A stretch of 64,000 nt of DNA from a virus, in the IMG/VR virus record IMGVR_UViG_3300032294_001558. The stretch is one strand, 5' to 3'. A model generated the notes under the pieces. The model was not told the DNA's origin and did no database searches. It saw only the letters and a list, made by a program, of their open reading frames with translations. Positions 8,978-20,100 of this stretch are shown here, one piece after another. Position 1 is the first letter of the stretch. The number at the start of each line of letters is the position of its first letter. The position numbers and the translations under genes are program-made.

Positions 8978-9312
8978 GTCTTGTGCCAGAACAAGCAGCG
9001 TTCCTGCTCGATGTGTGCCGCCTGATCCAATATGCTACTTCACAGGGTTGGACGATCACAGGCGGGGAGTTGTACCGCACGCTTGAGCAGCAGCAGATCC
9101 ATGTAAAGGCAGGTCGTTCAAAGACGATGAACAGCAACCATCTCAGGCGTCTTGCAATCGATCTTAACTTCTTCAAAGACGGTAAGTTGGTCTGGGACAA
9201 GAACACAATCGCCCCTCTAGGCTCGTATTGGGAGACGCTTCACCCTAAGAATCGTTGGGGCGGCAATTTTAGGTCGCTCGTCGATGTACCGCATTTTGAA
9301 CGAAATGTGTAG
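8974..9312 (+). CDS. endolysin, peptidase M15 (VanY / L-Ala-D-Glu peptidase-like)
   Basis: 112 aa. SNHLRRLAIDL and VDVPHFE match the H..D...H zinc-ligand pattern of M15 phage lysins. Confidence 0.65.
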   Translation: MSLVPEQAAFLLDVCRLIQYATSQGWTITGGELYRTLEQQQIHVKAGRSKTMNSNHLRRLAIDLNFFKDGKLVWDKNTIAPLGSYWETLHPKNRWGGNFRSLVDVPHFERNV

Positions 9313-9314
9313 TC

Positions 9315-11168
9315 ATGCCGCTTAAGACGATTAGGTTTAAGCCTGGGATTAACCGCGAGAATACTAGATATCTTGCGGAAGGGAAGTGGTATGACTGCGA
9401 AAAAGTCCGTTTCCGTCAAGGAACACCTGAGAAGATCGGCGGCTGGGCACGTATCTCAAACAATACCTACCTTGGTGTTGCGCGGTCTCTCTGGCCGTGG
9501 GCGGCGTCAGCCGGGGCGTTGTATCTTGGCGTCGGCACCCACCTTAAATACTATGTTTCTACGAGCGGGGCGTACTACGATGTTACCCCACTGCGTGTAA
9601 CCACGACACTCCCAAACAATCCGTTTACTGCGAACGGCACTAATATTATCTCAGTAAACGCCCCCACACACGGGGCTATTGTTGGAGATTTTGTTACGTA
9701 TAGTGGGGCGACAGCATTCAGTGGTGTGACGATTGTTGGCGAGTATCAGGTCGTCTCTGTTACAGACGCGAATACGTACACGATCGATTTTGGTTCTAAT
9801 GTCGCCGCCGGTTCAGGTGGCGGCGCGGCTGTTTCCGCAGCGTACCAAATCAATATTGGTGCAGCCACGCAACTGCCCTTGGTCGGATGGGGGGCGGGAG
9901 GATGGGGCCAAGGGACTTGGGGCCAAGGCGCGATGGGGACAACGCAGATCCGTATTTGGAACAACCAGAACTTCGGGTTTGACCTACTCTACGGGCCGAA
10001 AGGCGGGGCCCTGTACTACTGGAATAACACTACTGGACTTGCCTCGCGGGGTGTCGCGCTTACGAGTTTGCCCGGTGCATCTGATGTACCCACGCTCCAC
10101 AATCACATGATTGTGTCAGACGCATCTAGGTTTGTTCTTGTTTTTGGTTGTAACGACTACGGCAATACGTCTATAGACCCGATGCTGATTCGGTGGTCTG
10201 ACCAAGAGACTGCGGTTAATTGGACCCCAGCAGCGACGAACCAAGCCGGGAGTTTACGTCTTTCTCGCGGCTCTAAGATTAGCGCCGTACTTCAAGTCCG
10301 ACAAGAGCTTCTTGTCTGGACGGATATCGCGTTGTATTCTTTGCAGTATCTAGGTCCTCCTGTTGTTTGGGGCTCTCAGATTTTGGGAGACAATATCTCT
10401 ATCGTCAGTGATAGAGCGGTAATGGTGGCTGCTGGTACTGCATATTGGATGGGCGAAGAGAAATTCTATGTCTATGACGGCCGATTGAACACACTTACTT
10501 GCGATGTCCGCCAGTATGTGTTCGGAGATTTTAATTTTAACGAAGCGCAACAAGTGTTCGCTGGTAGTGTAGAGGAATTCAACGAGGTCTGGTGGTTCTA
10601 TTGTTCTGCGGGGTCTACTACAATTGATCGTTACGTTGTTTACAATTACCTAGAACAAGCTTGGTACTACGGCCGTATGGCAAGAACGGCCTGGATTGAC
10701 GATAGCCTTGTTAGTACTTACCCGATAGCCGCTACGTATTCAAACGTATTGGTGTATCATGAACTGGGAGTGAATGACGCTGAAGGCCCAACCGCCCAAC
10801 CAGTCACTGCGTACATTACATCCGCTGAGTTCGATATTGAAGACGGGCACAACTTTGGGTTCATCTGGCGCGTACTGCCAGACGTAAAGTTTGACGGCTC
10901 AGATGTGCAAAATCCGTCTGTGACGATGACACTCCTGCCGTTGCAGAATTCTGGTTCGGGATATAACGTACCGCCATCTGTTGGCGGCGCTGACTCGGGC
11001 GCTATTGTCCGATCGACCACAGTCCCGGTGGAGCAGTTCACGGGACAGATTAACGTGCGCGTGCGCGGGCGACAAATGGCGTTTAAGGTGCAGTCAGACT
11101 CGCTCGGTACCCATTGGCAGCTTGGCGCGCCTAGAATCGATATTCGTCCTGACGGCAGGAAATCCTGA
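9315..11168 (+). CDS. tail (nozzle/tubular-type) protein
   Basis: 617 aa. N-terminus KPGINRENTRYLAEGKWYDCEKVRFRQGTPEKIGGW recalls podovirus tail proteins, from memory. Confidence 0.5.
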   Translation: MPLKTIRFKPGINRENTRYLAEGKWYDCEKVRFRQGTPEKIGGWARISNNTYLGVARSLWPWAASAGALYLGVGTHLKYYVSTSGAYYDVTPLRVTTTLPNNPFTANGTNIISVNAPTHGAIVGDFVTYSGATAFSGVTIVGEYQVVSVTDANTYTIDFGSNVAAGSGGGAAVSAAYQINIGAATQLPLVGWGAGGWGQGTWGQGAMGTTQIRIWNNQNFGFDLLYGPKGGALYYWNNTTGLASRGVALTSLPGASDVPTLHNHMIVSDASRFVLVFGCNDYGNTSIDPMLIRWSDQETAVNWTPAATNQAGSLRLSRGSKISAVLQVRQELLVWTDIALYSLQYLGPPVVWGSQILGDNISIVSDRAVMVAAGTAYWMGEEKFYVYDGRLNTLTCDVRQYVFGDFNFNEAQQVFAGSVEEFNEVWWFYCSAGSTTIDRYVVYNYLEQAWYYGRMARTAWIDDSLVSTYPIAATYSNVLVYHELGVNDAEGPTAQPVTAYITSAEFDIEDGHNFGFIWRVLPDVKFDGSDVQNPSVTMTLLPLQNSGSGYNVPPSVGGADSGAIVRSTTVPVEQFTGQINVRVRGRQMAFKVQSDSLGTHWQLGAPRIDIRPDGRKS

Positions 11169-12520
11169 TGTCTGTATGGAGCAATCTCGTAAAGCGCTTT
11201 CGCGCCCCCGCACTGCCAAAGCCGGGGCCGACGTACACGCAGACGTACATGGACAACCTGCTGAATGTCCTGCGTTTGTACTTCAACCAGCTTGACGAAC
11301 TTCTGGCGAATATCTTGGCTGCTCAACCCGTAAACGTCCGTTTTTTCGGGACCGCACTTGATGCGTTTGGTCGTACGCGTATTAGTCAGCCGTATACCCT
11401 GTTTGACTCTCAGAACCGCTACGAGAAGAACGACCTTTTCGACGAAACTACTGCTACAGGCGGTACGGTTACGTATACGGCCAACGAAAGCACGGTCAAT
11501 CTGAATGTAACCACCAGCAGCGGGTCAAGCGTCACCCGCCAAAGCTACCGCTCATTTGCCTACCAGCCCGGTAAGGGCTTGATGGTGATGAATACGTTTG
11601 TCATGGGGTCGCCCCAGACGAACATGCGGATGCGTGTGGGGTACTTCAATTCAGAAAACGGCGTGTTTCTTGAGCGGGACGGCGCTACGGTCTACATTGT
11701 CCGACGTACGTTCGTCTCCGGTGCCGCAGTCGATACGCGTGTGGCGCAAACTGACTGGAACGGTGATAGGCTCAACGGTACCGGCGCGTCCACACTGACG
11801 CTCGATCTTACAAAGGCCCAAATCCTCTGGATGGACTTCGAGTGGCTGGGCGTAGGTTCCGTCCGGGTTGGGTTCGTGATCGATGGGCAGCCCGTTATCT
11901 GCCACACGTTTAACAACGCCAACAACCTCACGACGGTCTATATGACGACGGCGATCCTGCCGGTGCGTTATGAAGTGACTAACACCGGGGCTGTCGCAGC
12001 CGCGGCTACACTGAAGCAAATCTGCTCTACGGTTATTTCTGAAGGCGGCTACGAAAAGAAGGTGGCTACGTTTGTCGCACGTATGACGGCTGCCAATCCG
12101 TCTATAAGCACTACGTTCGTTCCGCTAGTATCTATCCGGCTGGCTGCGGGGCGCACAGGGGCGGTTGTGGTTCCTGATAGTTACGCAGTTCTTCCTACAG
12201 CGGGGGCGGCAACTACATTCGAGATTGTACTAGTAAAGAATCCTACGCTCACTGGCGCATCTTGGGCGCCCACAGACTCTAATAACGTGCAGCGAGATAT
12301 TAGTGCTACGTCTTTTACTGGCGGGACTATTATCGAATCGCAGTATGTTGTATCCTCTTTTTTATCCCAAGGTATGTCGTCTGGCGGAGGGGATTATAAC
12401 TGGGATCTACAACTCGGCGCCACGATCGTCGGCACTAGCGACATCTATACTGTTGCTGCGCGTACATTAAGTGGCACGCAAACTGCGATTGCAAGCATGT
12501 CGTTTTGGGATCTGACATGA
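11168..12520 (+). CDS. virion structural protein
   Basis: 450 aa. Start overlaps the previous stop (TGATG). Confidence 0.5.
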   Translation: MSVWSNLVKRFRAPALPKPGPTYTQTYMDNLLNVLRLYFNQLDELLANILAAQPVNVRFFGTALDAFGRTRISQPYTLFDSQNRYEKNDLFDETTATGGTVTYTANESTVNLNVTTSSGSSVTRQSYRSFAYQPGKGLMVMNTFVMGSPQTNMRMRVGYFNSENGVFLERDGATVYIVRRTFVSGAAVDTRVAQTDWNGDRLNGTGASTLTLDLTKAQILWMDFEWLGVGSVRVGFVIDGQPVICHTFNNANNLTTVYMTTAILPVRYEVTNTGAVAAAATLKQICSTVISEGGYEKKVATFVARMTAANPSISTTFVPLVSIRLAAGRTGAVVVPDSYAVLPTAGAATTFEIVLVKNPTLTGASWAPTDSNNVQRDISATSFTGGTIIESQYVVSSFLSQGMSSGGGDYNWDLQLGATIVGTSDIYTVAARTLSGTQTAIASMSFWDLT

Positions 12521-13812
12521 ATGAAAACGACCCTTACGCCGGGATTAGAAACCTGAAGTTTCGCGGGGTAGACGAGGTTTTCACTCCGGTATCCCAGGAT
12601 GAACTATCTCAGTTCTACGTTGATACGGACGAGGGTCGGCGAGTTGACCAACAGCGCGCCATTGCGGCCGGATTCGCGCCGAACGCAGTGTCTGTCGGGG
12701 GGTCCGAGTACGGTGGAGAGAACTTCACTTGGGGGCGCCCCACTGGGCAATTTCGGGGCTGGGCTCCAGATTGGGAAGCACTAAAACCGCTTGGGTTCCA
12801 GTCTAAATACAACCAATCAGACGACATCACCAGCCAGCTCTCTGAAGCACAACGTGTGGCTTTGGGGGGTGATAGACTCTTTAAAATTACGCTGCAACAG
12901 CCAGGCAAACATAAATACGATACTCAAGAAGCTTTTTATCGTGTGGGTCCCCAGGGCGAAGGGGTACTACTCGGCACGCCAACAGCGTCACGGCAGCAGT
13001 CTAGTTCAAAGCAGTTCCGTGACACACTATTCAAGGAGATGCTTCCGGCCGCTGCGCAGTTTGCTGCGCTCGCTGGCGGCCTGCCCGGACTCTCGTCAGC
13101 CACTTTTGGTGGCGGACTACTCGGCGCTGCGGCCGCGGGTGCGGCTAATAGTGCTATCGGCACGCTACTTCGCGGTGGTGGTCTAGATGACATTCTGAAG
13201 AGTGCGGTAACTGGTGGGGTCACGGGCGGCGTGATGCCCACGATCTCATCGGCTATTTCTGACATTATTCCTAGAGAGGGCATCGGGGCGCTACTCAACC
13301 GTGCCACTACAGATGTTGCGCAGTCGGGTCTTCGCTCCTTGTTGTCAGGGAGAGACTTCGATCTTGGCGATGCCCTCAAGGGGTCCGCGCTGAACCAACT
13401 CACAGCGGGCTTGACCGACAACTTGGGGGTCCCTAAGGGTCTGGCTTCGCTGGGCGTAAGGCTGGCTGGAGGGCAGCAGGCGCGACCTTCGGACATCCTG
13501 GGACTGGTTCGCGGCTTCGGTGGGCCTGACAACGCACTTGCTCAAGTTGGACGAATCGCGGATACTGTGGCTGGGAGAAAAACTCGCCTACCCATGTCGT
13601 CCACGCCCCCCGAAGCTCTGACCCAGGCACGTGCCACGGACGACGCATTCGCGCCGCTTGCCCTGATGAGTCTGCTCGGACAGCCCGCGCGTAGCGCCCC
13701 GGCCCCAGAGTACGAGGTAGCGCAAATCAACGCACGTTCGCCGTTCGGCAACGTCTTTGACCGCAACCAAGACGAATACACAAGCCAGCTTCTTAGAGGT
13801 CGGTATGGATAG
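12517..13812 (+). CDS. internal virion protein (Gly/Ala-rich)
   Basis: ATG 12517 overlaps the upstream stop (ATGA). The track gives 12505. GGLLGAAAAGAANSAIG-type segments. Confidence 0.5.
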   Translation: MNENDPYAGIRNLKFRGVDEVFTPVSQDELSQFYVDTDEGRRVDQQRAIAAGFAPNAVSVGGSEYGGENFTWGRPTGQFRGWAPDWEALKPLGFQSKYNQSDDITSQLSEAQRVALGGDRLFKITLQQPGKHKYDTQEAFYRVGPQGEGVLLGTPTASRQQSSSKQFRDTLFKEMLPAAAQFAALAGGLPGLSSATFGGGLLGAAAAGAANSAIGTLLRGGGLDDILKSAVTGGVTGGVMPTISSAISDIIPREGIGALLNRATTDVAQSGLRSLLSGRDFDLGDALKGSALNQLTAGLTDNLGVPKGLASLGVRLAGGQQARPSDILGLVRGFGGPDNALAQVGRIADTVAGRKTRLPMSSTPPEALTQARATDDAFAPLALMSLLGQPARSAPAPEYEVAQINARSPFGNVFDRNQDEYTSQLLRGRYG

Positions 13813-14620
13813 TTTTTTCGACTATTTTGAACCGGGGGCGATCGGGTACGACTTCGACACTACGCTGTCTCCGTATAACGAAGACTTTAGCGCCAACTAT
13901 TTTTTGCCGGGCGGTGTAGATTACATTGGTGGGGACGAGGGCGGCGCCGTACCGCAAGACAACGAGTGGATGAAGTTTTTGCGGCAGCAAGAGACCGCCC
14001 AAAGCGGCGAGTCCCCGTTGGGCGGAATTGGTCCTAACGCAGAAAGCCTCCCACTAGTTAACACCAATACTAACCTACTCTCCAAACTTTTTGGTAGTCT
14101 CAAGAGTGGCGGACAACAGGTAGCGAATGCCGCGGTATCTCCTAGCGGACTGATGGGGATTCTAGGTGCATTGCTGGCGAATAAGTTCGACAAGGCCCCC
14201 GCTCAAGGGGGTGGTGTAGGTGCGGCGTACGCAGGGGCGAAACCAATTACTCGCACAATCGAACAGGGCAAGTACGGCCCTATTGCTCGTTACGCGGCTG
14301 ATGGCGGTATCATGAACGCCTACGCGTATGGCGGCTCCGTCTCCCCCTTTCCTATGCAGGATGGGGGGTTTGTGATGACCAAAAAAGCAGTAGATGGCGC
14401 GGGTGGCGCGGGGGGCATCAAGCGGATTCTCCCGGGCGCGCGTATGATCGGCGGTCCTCCCGACCCTACTGGTCGGCGCGACCTGACGCCTGCGGTCATT
14501 CATGGCCCTCGTGGGCAGACTCCGGCACGGGTGTCAAACGGCGAAGCGTATGTCCCCCCCGGCCGCGACACCAAGGGCCTCTACGCCCTGATGAAACATC
14601 TTGAAGGGAAGGCCGCATGA
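13805..14620 (+). CDS. internal virion protein
   Basis: ATG 13805 is preceded by GAGG. The track ORF starts at 13757, inside the upstream gene. Confidence 0.45.
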   Translation: MDSFFDYFEPGAIGYDFDTTLSPYNEDFSANYFLPGGVDYIGGDEGGAVPQDNEWMKFLRQQETAQSGESPLGGIGPNAESLPLVNTNTNLLSKLFGSLKSGGQQVANAAVSPSGLMGILGALLANKFDKAPAQGGGVGAAYAGAKPITRTIEQGKYGPIARYAADGGIMNAYAYGGSVSPFPMQDGGFVMTKKAVDGAGGAGGIKRILPGARMIGGPPDPTGRRDLTPAVIHGPRGQTPARVSNGEAYVPPGRDTKGLYALMKHLEGKAA

Positions 14621-15564
14621 TCACCGCAGCGCCTGAGATGCCCACCAGCCTGCCGGTCACTACGCAGGCTGCACAGTCCGCTCCGCTCGGGGGCGCCCAA
14701 ACGACGCCAATCAACCCGTCGCAGTCCACGCTCGCGCCCAATTTCGCCAGCTACATCTACAACCTGCTCGGTAGGGGCGAGGGGCTAGCTAATCTACCGT
14801 TCCAAGAGTTCACCGGGCAGCGGTTCGCCGGCACGTCGCCGCTTCAGCAGCAGGCGTTCACGGGCCTCGGTAGTCTGGGGCCCAGCCAAGCAACCGGCGC
14901 AGGCATCGCGGCCACGCAGCAGGCGCTGACCGGCCTACAGGGGCTGCTGCCGTACAAGGTCGGCTCCGTGTCGGAGTACATGAGTCCTTACATGCAGAAT
15001 GTAGTGGACATTCAGGCGAGGGAAGCACGGCGACAAGCAGACATTGGACGTACCGCAGAACAGGCGCGACTCACGCAAGCGGGGGCTTACGGCGGCTCGC
15101 GGCAGGCCATCATGGAGGCGGAGCGCCAACGCAATCTCAACGAACAGATTGGCGACATCCAGGCCAAGGGACTCCAGTCAGCGTACGACCGTGCGGTGGA
15201 ACAGCGGCTTAAGGAGGGCGATCTCGGTATCCGCGGCTTGACGGGACAACTACAAGGCGCCCAGACGCTCGGCACCCTCGGCCAAAGCCAGTTCGGACAG
15301 GGACTTCAAGCGCTGCAAGAGCAGCGGCTCGCCGGCAAGGAACAGCGTCAGATTGAACAAGAACCGCTTGATTTCGGATACCAGCAGTTCCAAGAATCGC
15401 TCAAGTACCCGTACCAGCAGACTACGTTCATGCAGAGTCTGCTTCAGGGGCTCCCGCTGGCGACGCAACAACCCTACCAAGCGGGGGATTCTACCTTTGG
15501 CGCTTTGACGCAGGGCGGACTGACAGGACTGGCGCTGTATAAACTTCTGACTGAGGGTAAGTGA
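14617..15564 (+). CDS. internal virion protein (Q/L-rich)
   Basis: 315 aa. ATGA overlap with the upstream gene. Confidence 0.5.
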   Translation: MITAAPEMPTSLPVTTQAAQSAPLGGAQTTPINPSQSTLAPNFASYIYNLLGRGEGLANLPFQEFTGQRFAGTSPLQQQAFTGLGSLGPSQATGAGIAATQQALTGLQGLLPYKVGSVSEYMSPYMQNVVDIQAREARRQADIGRTAEQARLTQAGAYGGSRQAIMEAERQRNLNEQIGDIQAKGLQSAYDRAVEQRLKEGDLGIRGLTGQLQGAQTLGTLGQSQFGQGLQALQEQRLAGKEQRQIEQEPLDFGYQQFQESLKYPYQQTTFMQSLLQGLPLATQQPYQAGDSTFGALTQGGLTGLALYKLLTEGK

Positions 15565-17174
15565 TGGTGCTGCAACCGCAACCGCAACCGCAGACGGCCC
15601 CGGGGCAAGCGGCTATGCCCACGCCCACCCCCGCTCAGACGACGCAGACTGCCTCGCCGCAGACGCCATCGTTGATGCAGATGGGTAGCAACGCACTGCG
15701 GCAGTTGTTTATGCAAGTCATGAACAACACGGGCCCCAAGCTGCCCCCGGCGTTGATTTTGAGTGCGCTCAGTAAAGTCATGCAGCGCGAGAACATGGCC
15801 GAGGCGGCGCAAGGTCAAATGGCTATGGCTCAGGCTAACCAGCCCACGGTCGCGCAGCAGCTTATGGGTACGCGCCAGATGGCTGAAGGCGGGGTTGTGT
15901 CTTTGAGCGGTGGCGGTGACCCGACCATTGAAGCAATTCTTCGTAAAGGCCCTGCGGCGCGAACGGCCGAAGAGAATGAGCTTCTGAGGAGCGCAGGTTT
16001 CCAGATGCTGGAGCGTAAAGTACCTTCGGACTCAGGCATCGCGCGTCTCAACCGCTGGCTTGAGGATGCGCTTGGTGCAGGCAAGCCAAAAGCGGCATTG
16101 GGGTTTTCATCCACGGGGTTTCCCTCGTCTGCCCCCGTGAAGCAGGACGACATCGCAAAGATGCTGTTTGCTATGGACTTGGCGAAGCCGTATCGGTCTG
16201 AAGTGCCTCCCGCCACTCCCCCTACCCCAACCGCCTCCGCCGCCCGCGGCGGTTCTGGGGCCGCCGCACCCAGAACGCCGACGACTTCTCCACTCACTGA
16301 CGCTTTGGCGGATATCGAGAAGCAAATCGCCGATGCTATCCGTATGCAGGGGGTTGTCCCCCCGGAGCTTCTAGCCGAAAGAGAGCGTATCCAACGACTT
16401 ATAGCGGAGCAGATTGAAGCTCGAAAAGGGCGTAGTGCGGAGGCGCTGAGAGAAGGGGAGGAGCGACTTGGACAGGTCATGTCTCGTGGCATCGGCGCGC
16501 AAGACCTCCTTAAGATGGCTGCTGGGATCGATAAGCGTAAAGGCAAAGTGGCCGGCTCTATCGCTGGCGGGATTGCTGGCGCTCTAGGCGAGCAAGAAGC
16601 AAGACGGGAAGCGGCGCGTAAAGAGTTTATGCAGGTCAAGGCCGCTGAGCGTACGGAGACTAATCTCATCGAACAGATGCAGATGCAGGAACTCGTCCGT
16701 CAGAACGCTCTGAAGACCGGCGACGTTGCAGCAGCGCAGGCAGCCACGGCCAAACTCGCGGAACTTAAGCGGGTGATGAATGAGCTTCGCTACAGCCGCG
16801 AGCAGCAAGCCTTCAAAAACCTTCTCGATGAGCGCAAGGTCGCGGCTGATGAGATGTCCGCCCGAGCGCAGATGGTCAGCGCCCAGGCGCGTGGTAGTGG
16901 CGCGACTGCCCCAGCAACACTGAATCCAAACCAGCGGGCGGTACTCCTTGAGAAGGCGGTGGATAATGTCAGGCAAGATCCGCAAACCAACGTGCGCCTA
17001 GCAAGGGCACAACAAGAAGCGATCAAGAGCAAAGTACCGTTTGACCGCCAAGCCTTTATCGACCGGCTTGTCCAAGCGCAATTTGAGCAAATGCTGGCCG
17101 CTGCCGAAGGTCGCCAACCTGCTGTAGCTGCCCCGCCTCCAGGGCGGGTTATCGATTTCTCAAGCATTAAGTGA
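15561..17174 (+). CDS. internal virion protein (coiled-coil, A/Q/E-rich)
   Basis: 537 aa. GTGATG overlap with the upstream gene. Confidence 0.5.
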   Translation: MMVLQPQPQPQTAPGQAAMPTPTPAQTTQTASPQTPSLMQMGSNALRQLFMQVMNNTGPKLPPALILSALSKVMQRENMAEAAQGQMAMAQANQPTVAQQLMGTRQMAEGGVVSLSGGGDPTIEAILRKGPAARTAEENELLRSAGFQMLERKVPSDSGIARLNRWLEDALGAGKPKAALGFSSTGFPSSAPVKQDDIAKMLFAMDLAKPYRSEVPPATPPTPTASAARGGSGAAAPRTPTTSPLTDALADIEKQIADAIRMQGVVPPELLAERERIQRLIAEQIEARKGRSAEALREGEERLGQVMSRGIGAQDLLKMAAGIDKRKGKVAGSIAGGIAGALGEQEARREAARKEFMQVKAAERTETNLIEQMQMQELVRQNALKTGDVAAAQAATAKLAELKRVMNELRYSREQQAFKNLLDERKVAADEMSARAQMVSAQARGSGATAPATLNPNQRAVLLEKAVDNVRQDPQTNVRLARAQQEAIKSKVPFDRQAFIDRLVQAQFEQMLAAAEGRQPAVAAPPPGRVIDFSSIK

Positions 17175-17175
17175 T

Positions 17176-20100
17176 ATGGCTTACGCTATCCGTTTGCCTG
17201 ACGGTACGCTTGTCCAGAATATTCCTGACGAGGTAACACCGCAGGAAGCGAAGCGGCGAATCCTTGCTGCTGGTTTGTATAAACCGCCCACCCCTGAAAC
17301 TACTGTCCTTGGTGAAGCAAAAGAGTTGTTCAAGGGGCTGGTCCCGGGAGCGGTCGGACTGGTTGAAAGCGCCGCAACTGGTGCGTCTGCGCTACTGCCA
17401 GAACAGACTGAGAAAGCCGTTCGGGAAAAAATCGCCAGCATCGCGGGTGCTGCCAAAGCCCCGTTTGCTGCTGCGCCGGGGTATGAAGAGGCCGTAGGTC
17501 GCAAGCTGGGCGAAGCCATTGGTTCCACGGCCCCGTTTCTTGTAGCGGGGCCTCTCGGGCTGGCGGGTAAGGTCGGCGCAGTCGGTCTTGGTGTTGGTGC
17601 CGGTGCGGGGGAGGCGCGCACGCGCGCTGAGAAGGAAGGCGCGACTGCCGAACAGAGAAGCACAGCCACGGCGCTTGGCATCATCCCCGGTGCGGCGGAG
17701 GTTTTTGCGCCTTTCCGCATCTTGTCCCGAATTCCTGAGTCTGCAAAAGCTCAGGGCGTCCAGTTGGTTAAACGGGCACTTGTTGCCGGTGGGGAGGAAG
17801 CTGCGCAAGAAGCCGCGTCAGGTTTCGCTCAGAATCTCATCGCCAAGGGCGTCTACAAGCCCGAGCAGGAACTGATCGAGGGTCTGGGTGCGCAGGCCGC
17901 CTACGGCGGGGCCACTGGTGCCATCGTTCAGGGACTGATGGATCTTGCCTTGGGACGGCGCGCACGCGCTGCAAGGACTGCGCCTGAGGAAAGCCCAATC
18001 GAGCGCGCCGAACGTGAGGCGACTGCGAAAGCCGCCGCTGCGCCCCCTGCACCGCCTGCCGAAGAGCCCACGCCCTCTGCGGTGGAGGCCCCTGCACCGC
18101 CCGTCGAAGAGCCCACAGTCCGGAAGAAGGGTGAACCCCCTGCCACCGGCTTGCAGCCGGATGAGATTACCGGGCTGGGCGTCACCAAGAAGCAGCCGAT
18201 CTTCCGACGCATGCTGGGCAAAGACATGGCGGACCCCGCGCAGCGTGATGCGGTGCTGGCAGACATCGAGAAGTACCTCACCCGGGGGAATGGTAGCGAG
18301 GAATCGCGGGCGAAACTGACAGAGTTCAAAGAACGCTTCGCTCCCCCCGCTGCTGAAACCCCCACGCCCCCTGCCGCCGAAGCGGCCCCCCCGGCACCAA
18401 CGGAGACCCCAAGTGCTACAGGAACTGTCGAACCATCAAGTGGAGCAGGCGTTGCAGTGGCTGGCGAGTCCAGTACAGGAGCCGCCCCCGGAGGGGTTGA
18501 AGTCACTGAACCAACTGGAGTGGTTCCTCCTGTCGCGGATGTTGGAGAGCCTGCTGCTGGAGAAGGAGCAGAGCCCGGTGCAGTAGCACCGCCCCCCGCT
18601 GCCGCTCCTGAGACCGCCGTTGAACCCATAGCCCCTGTTGCGGAAACGCCCGCTGCTCCCGCTCCCGCCCCAAAGAGAAAGGTCCTGAAGGGCTCGGTTG
18701 AGAACCAAGTCAAAGCGCTAGGTATCAACGCTGCGCAGGGTGGGGCGCCTGATCCGAAGGTTGTCCGCGAGACGCTGGAACCTATCGACCCGAAGATGGC
18801 TCGGGCGGTGATGTTCTATCTGGGTGTCGATTACAACGGGAATTTCCTTGTCGGTGCCAACAACCTGCCTCAGACGCCATCGGCTCAAAAAGCCGGACAG
18901 ATGGCGGGGCTCGGGAAGAACTCCGGGGATCGCGTCAAAAAAGTCGCTGCCGCACTGGGTATCACGGGCGGCATTCGCAGGAAGTATCAGGCTTCGCAGA
19001 CGGATGCGGTAGTCACTGGTCGTGCAGTTTCGGAAGCTGGCACCGGGGCTGATGTCGAGTCTGCAAAAACTGGTCTGATCACCGAACAGTCGTGGTATGA
19101 ACCGATTGCGCGCAAAGGCATCGAACAGGTAAACGATACGGAGCTTGCCCGCGTGGCAGTCAAGGCGGATCGGTTCTTGAAAAACCGCGCCAACGAACCC
19201 ACGCACGCTGCCATCATGGCAGAGGTACAGAACCGGGCGAAACGCCCTGAGTTCCGCTCTGCGCTGAAGAGAGAGTTTGGTATCGCCAGTGAAGAGGCGA
19301 CAGTTGAAGAAGGTACGCCGGGTACTGAGGATGCGGTCGATGAAGATGATGGGCCGACCTACCGCTCTATCCCGCAGACGCCTGTCATCACCGACCGTGC
19401 TTCTCACGCTGAGCTTGAAAAGGTCGTTGCAGACATTGAAAAGGCCCTGGGGGGCCAAGTAGATGTCGTCATTCTTGACGACGTTACTGACGTAGACGCT
19501 AAGCAAGCTTCTGGTACTCGCGCCGGTGCGTTGATCAAAGGGCAGATATATCTGTTCCGTAGCGGAATCGCCAAGGGGCTCGAAGGACAGAAGACTGTCT
19601 TCCACGAACTATTCCACAAAGGGCTGAAGAATCTGCTGCCTGAGGCTGAGTACCGGGCGACGATGAACAGGTTCTATAGCCAAAGCGCGGACATTCGTGC
19701 GATGGCTGACGCTTATCTTGCGTCAGATGCAGGTAAACAGGATACAAAGAATCTCAGCCCGCAAGACGCTCGGGTGTTGGCAGTCGAAGAGTCGCTTGCC
19801 GAGGTGGCGGAGCAGACCGATCTCAAGCCCACATTGGTCCGGCAGGTCGGGGGCTTCCTCGCCAGAGTCGCTGACCGTCTGGGCATGCCGCAGCTTGCCC
19901 GTGCCATTCGTACGATGGGGCTGAACGAGCAGGAGAAGTTCATCCGCGATGCGCTTCAAGCTGGGCTGGGACCAACGACCGGCGAAGGGGCTACGCGGTT
20001 CCGTACGACTATCACCCCCGAAGCCGAAGCTACCGCCAAGGATCTCGACGCCATTGGTGAGCGCAAACAGCGTGGTGTGGTCCAGAAAATCGGCAAGCAA

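Noticed and set aside
15830-19605. Long antisense or alternative-frame ORFs inside the internal-virion genes (15830..16669, 17181..17720, 17928..18728 and 18718..19605, all on the - strand).
   Set aside because: Their composition is R/A/S/P/G-rich, typical of off-frame GC-rich DNA. They are fully contained in much longer, co-oriented, tightly coupled + strand genes.
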